Shown here in pieces: positions 62,579 to 64,000 of a stretch of 64,000 nt of DNA. The first letter of the stretch is position 1. Each line of letters starts with the position of its first letter. A model generated the notes under the pieces. It made no database searches. It was not told where the DNA came from and saw only the letters and a list, made by a program, of their open reading frames with translations. The position numbers and the translations under genes were made by a program. The stretch is from Actinomycetota bacterium (GTDB lineage Bacteria > Actinomycetota > Acidimicrobiia > Acidimicrobiales > Ilumatobacteraceae): NCBI GenBank assembly GCA_963169665.1, contig CAUJET010000134.1, positions 7,804 through 71,803 on the forward strand, read 5' to 3'.

Positions 62579-62722
62579 ATGACCGCGATCGCCCCCTCGA
62601 TCCGTTCGACCGGCCACGGGGTGGTCCCGGACCGAGCCGCCCGCCGCCAGGCCGGCCTGGTCGCCGCCGCTCTCCTGCTCGCGCACCTCGCCGCACTCAC
62701 CGCAGCAGCGCTCGCGTTCTGA
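62579..62722 (+). CDS. Possible 47-aa membrane peptide
   Basis: MTAIAPSIRSTGHGVVPDRAARRQAGLVAAALLLAHLAALTAAALAF. GAGAGGAAA lies ~9 nt upstream of the ATG at 62579. One C-terminal hydrophobic helix. Weak support. Confidence 0.3.
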   Translation: MTAIAPSIRSTGHGVVPDRAARRQAGLVAAALLLAHLAALTAAALAF

Positions 62723-62918
62723 GTTCCGGCGCGTCCCCGTGTAACGACACTTCGGAGATGCCGAGGCGCCGCGACGAACAAGGTCATCAGGATCTCGGCC
62801 GGATTTCGGTTGCAGGGAACCGAATACCGGCCGAGATATCGGCTGGACGACGTGTCCCAGCCAGCGCTCGGCCGCTCGATCGGGCGAGCACCCCCACCCG
62901 AGCTTTCTGTGTCGGGTT

Positions 62919-63992
62919 GTGTCGCTCAGCGACTCGTGGGCCGGCTGGTACGTTCGCTCGGTGTCTGCGCTGTTGGACCCGTCGGATGCTTCGAGTGTTG
63001 GTGCTGCGGTCGTGGGTGCGCTCGAGCGTGCGGGCGGCGGCCGTGCGGTTCGACTGACGAGCGATCCGGTGCGGGTGACGGCTGCGACGAGCGCGTGGGT
63101 GTGGTTCGTCGAGTTGGCCGGGGACGTACGGGCCGAATGGCAGGGCCCACAGGTGCTGCGGATCTTCGATCCTGGCCACGACGAGGTTCTCGAACGGGAA
63201 GTCGCGCTGAGTCGCCGCCTCGTCGCGAGCGGGTTCCCGGTCGCGAGCACCCGTTGGTACGGGCAACTGCACGACACGCACCCGGCGCTGCTGCAGCAGC
63301 GGTTACCCGGCCGCCCAGCGATCGAACTTCTCGGCACACCGAAGCTGCGCACGGTCGTGCGAGCGCTCGGCTCGCTTCAGGCGCGGCTCCACGGCATCGA
63401 CCCATCGGGTTTCGAACTCCCACGCGTCGACGCTGCCGACTTTCTCTCCGGCGACCTGACCCGCCGCCGGCGAGCGGTCAACGCTGTCGACCAGACCGGT
63501 ACCTGGGAGTGGCTCAACGACACCGGCGAACGCATCACCTCTTCTCGCCGCGAGGCGGCAGTGCTCTGCCATGGGGACTTCCATCCCCTCAACGCGCTCG
63601 TCTCCGACGACGGCAGTATCGGAGTCGTCGACTGGACCGATGCGAGCATCAGCGATCGGCACCACGACGTCGGCCGATCGATCGCGATCTTCTGGTTCGC
63701 TTCGCTGATCGCAGAGCATCCGCTCGAGCGCGTGGGTCTTCGGCTGCTCCGCAACTGGCTCGGCCGGACCCATCGCGCGGCGTACGAACAGAGCGCAGCG
63801 TTCCAACTCGACGATCACCGGCTTGCCTGGTGGCAGATCGCGCACCTCTACCGTGGCTGGTTGCAGCTCAACGAACATGCCGAGGGCGCCGTCCCCAATC
63901 GAGACAGCTCGACGACGAATCGCCTCCCCGACGATCTCACCGATCGACTCCTCCAACGATGTGTCGCGCTCCGATCGAACGCATCCTCCTGA
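62919..63992 (+). CDS. Aminoglycoside/choline-kinase-type phosphotransferase (APH family)
   Basis: 357 aa. Catalytic loop VLCHGDFHPLNALV and metal-binding VVDWTDASISDRHHDVG. The GTG start is uncertain. Confidence 0.85.
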   Translation: MSLSDSWAGWYVRSVSALLDPSDASSVGAAVVGALERAGGGRAVRLTSDPVRVTAATSAWVWFVELAGDVRAEWQGPQVLRIFDPGHDEVLEREVALSRRLVASGFPVASTRWYGQLHDTHPALLQQRLPGRPAIELLGTPKLRTVVRALGSLQARLHGIDPSGFELPRVDAADFLSGDLTRRRRAVNAVDQTGTWEWLNDTGERITSSRREAAVLCHGDFHPLNALVSDDGSIGVVDWTDASISDRHHDVGRSIAIFWFASLIAEHPLERVGLRLLRNWLGRTHRAAYEQSAAFQLDDHRLAWWQIAHLYRGWLQLNEHAEGAVPNRDSSTTNRLPDDLTDRLLQRCVALRSNASS

Positions 63993-64000
63993 GCAGCACG

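Overview
High-GC (~70%) actinobacterial chromosomal segment. Most long ORFs in the track are antisense or out-of-frame artefacts of the GC bias. I kept about 70 genes whose translations show recognisable family motifs or clean operon geometry (4-nt ATGA/GTGA start/stop overlaps). The track prints GTG/TTG starts as M, so several starts were re-derived from the sequence.

Layout:
- (1) Left edge: miaB fragment, VOC gene, recA with a Cheo-type LexA box, then small metabolism genes.
- (2) tRNA-His and tRNA-Lys(CTT), followed by an 8.4-kb integrative mobilizable element (6025-14412). It is bounded by perfect 49-bp direct repeats of the tRNA-Lys 3' half. It carries a tyrosine integrase, an Xis-like HTH protein, a 1086-aa MobF/TrwC relaxase-helicase, a ~50% GC two-gene cargo operon (secreted six-Cys protein plus a cytoplasmic partner) and a Phd/RelE-type TA pair.
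- (3) Accessory redox/xenobiotic block: XRE-cupin, TrxR-methyltransferase fusion, transglutaminase-like protein, AraC, DinB-like protein, P450, QOR, YkgJ, GNAT, SDR, and two tandem NQO-like genes, one of them frameshifted.
- (4) SigK-like ECF sigma factor with its RskA-like anti-sigma factor, a TrmA-family methyltransferase and rpe.
- (5) Conserved core: yraN, DUF2469, rplS-trmD-rimM-KH-rpsP-ffh, a lipoprotein, ftsY, a pot-like ABC transporter, GntR plus a standalone Cache protein, smc, mutM, rnc, acp, plsX, rpmF, an atypical pyruvate-kinase-like gene, yceD/DUF177, a SepIVA-like gene, coaD and rsmD.
- (6) Right edge: a GGDEF-EAL protein with an adjacent PilZ receptor, and an APH-family kinase.

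Most interesting observations:
- The tRNA-Lys element and its compositionally foreign cargo pair.
- A 10-bp-phased TCAGTC repeat array that fills the coaD/sepIVA-like intergenic region.
- 13-bp tandem repeats upstream of the ECF sigma gene.
- Arm-type TGCCGCGAA repeats at both inner ends of the element.

No CRISPR array and no rRNA were seen. All family names are motif recognition by eye, not database hits.
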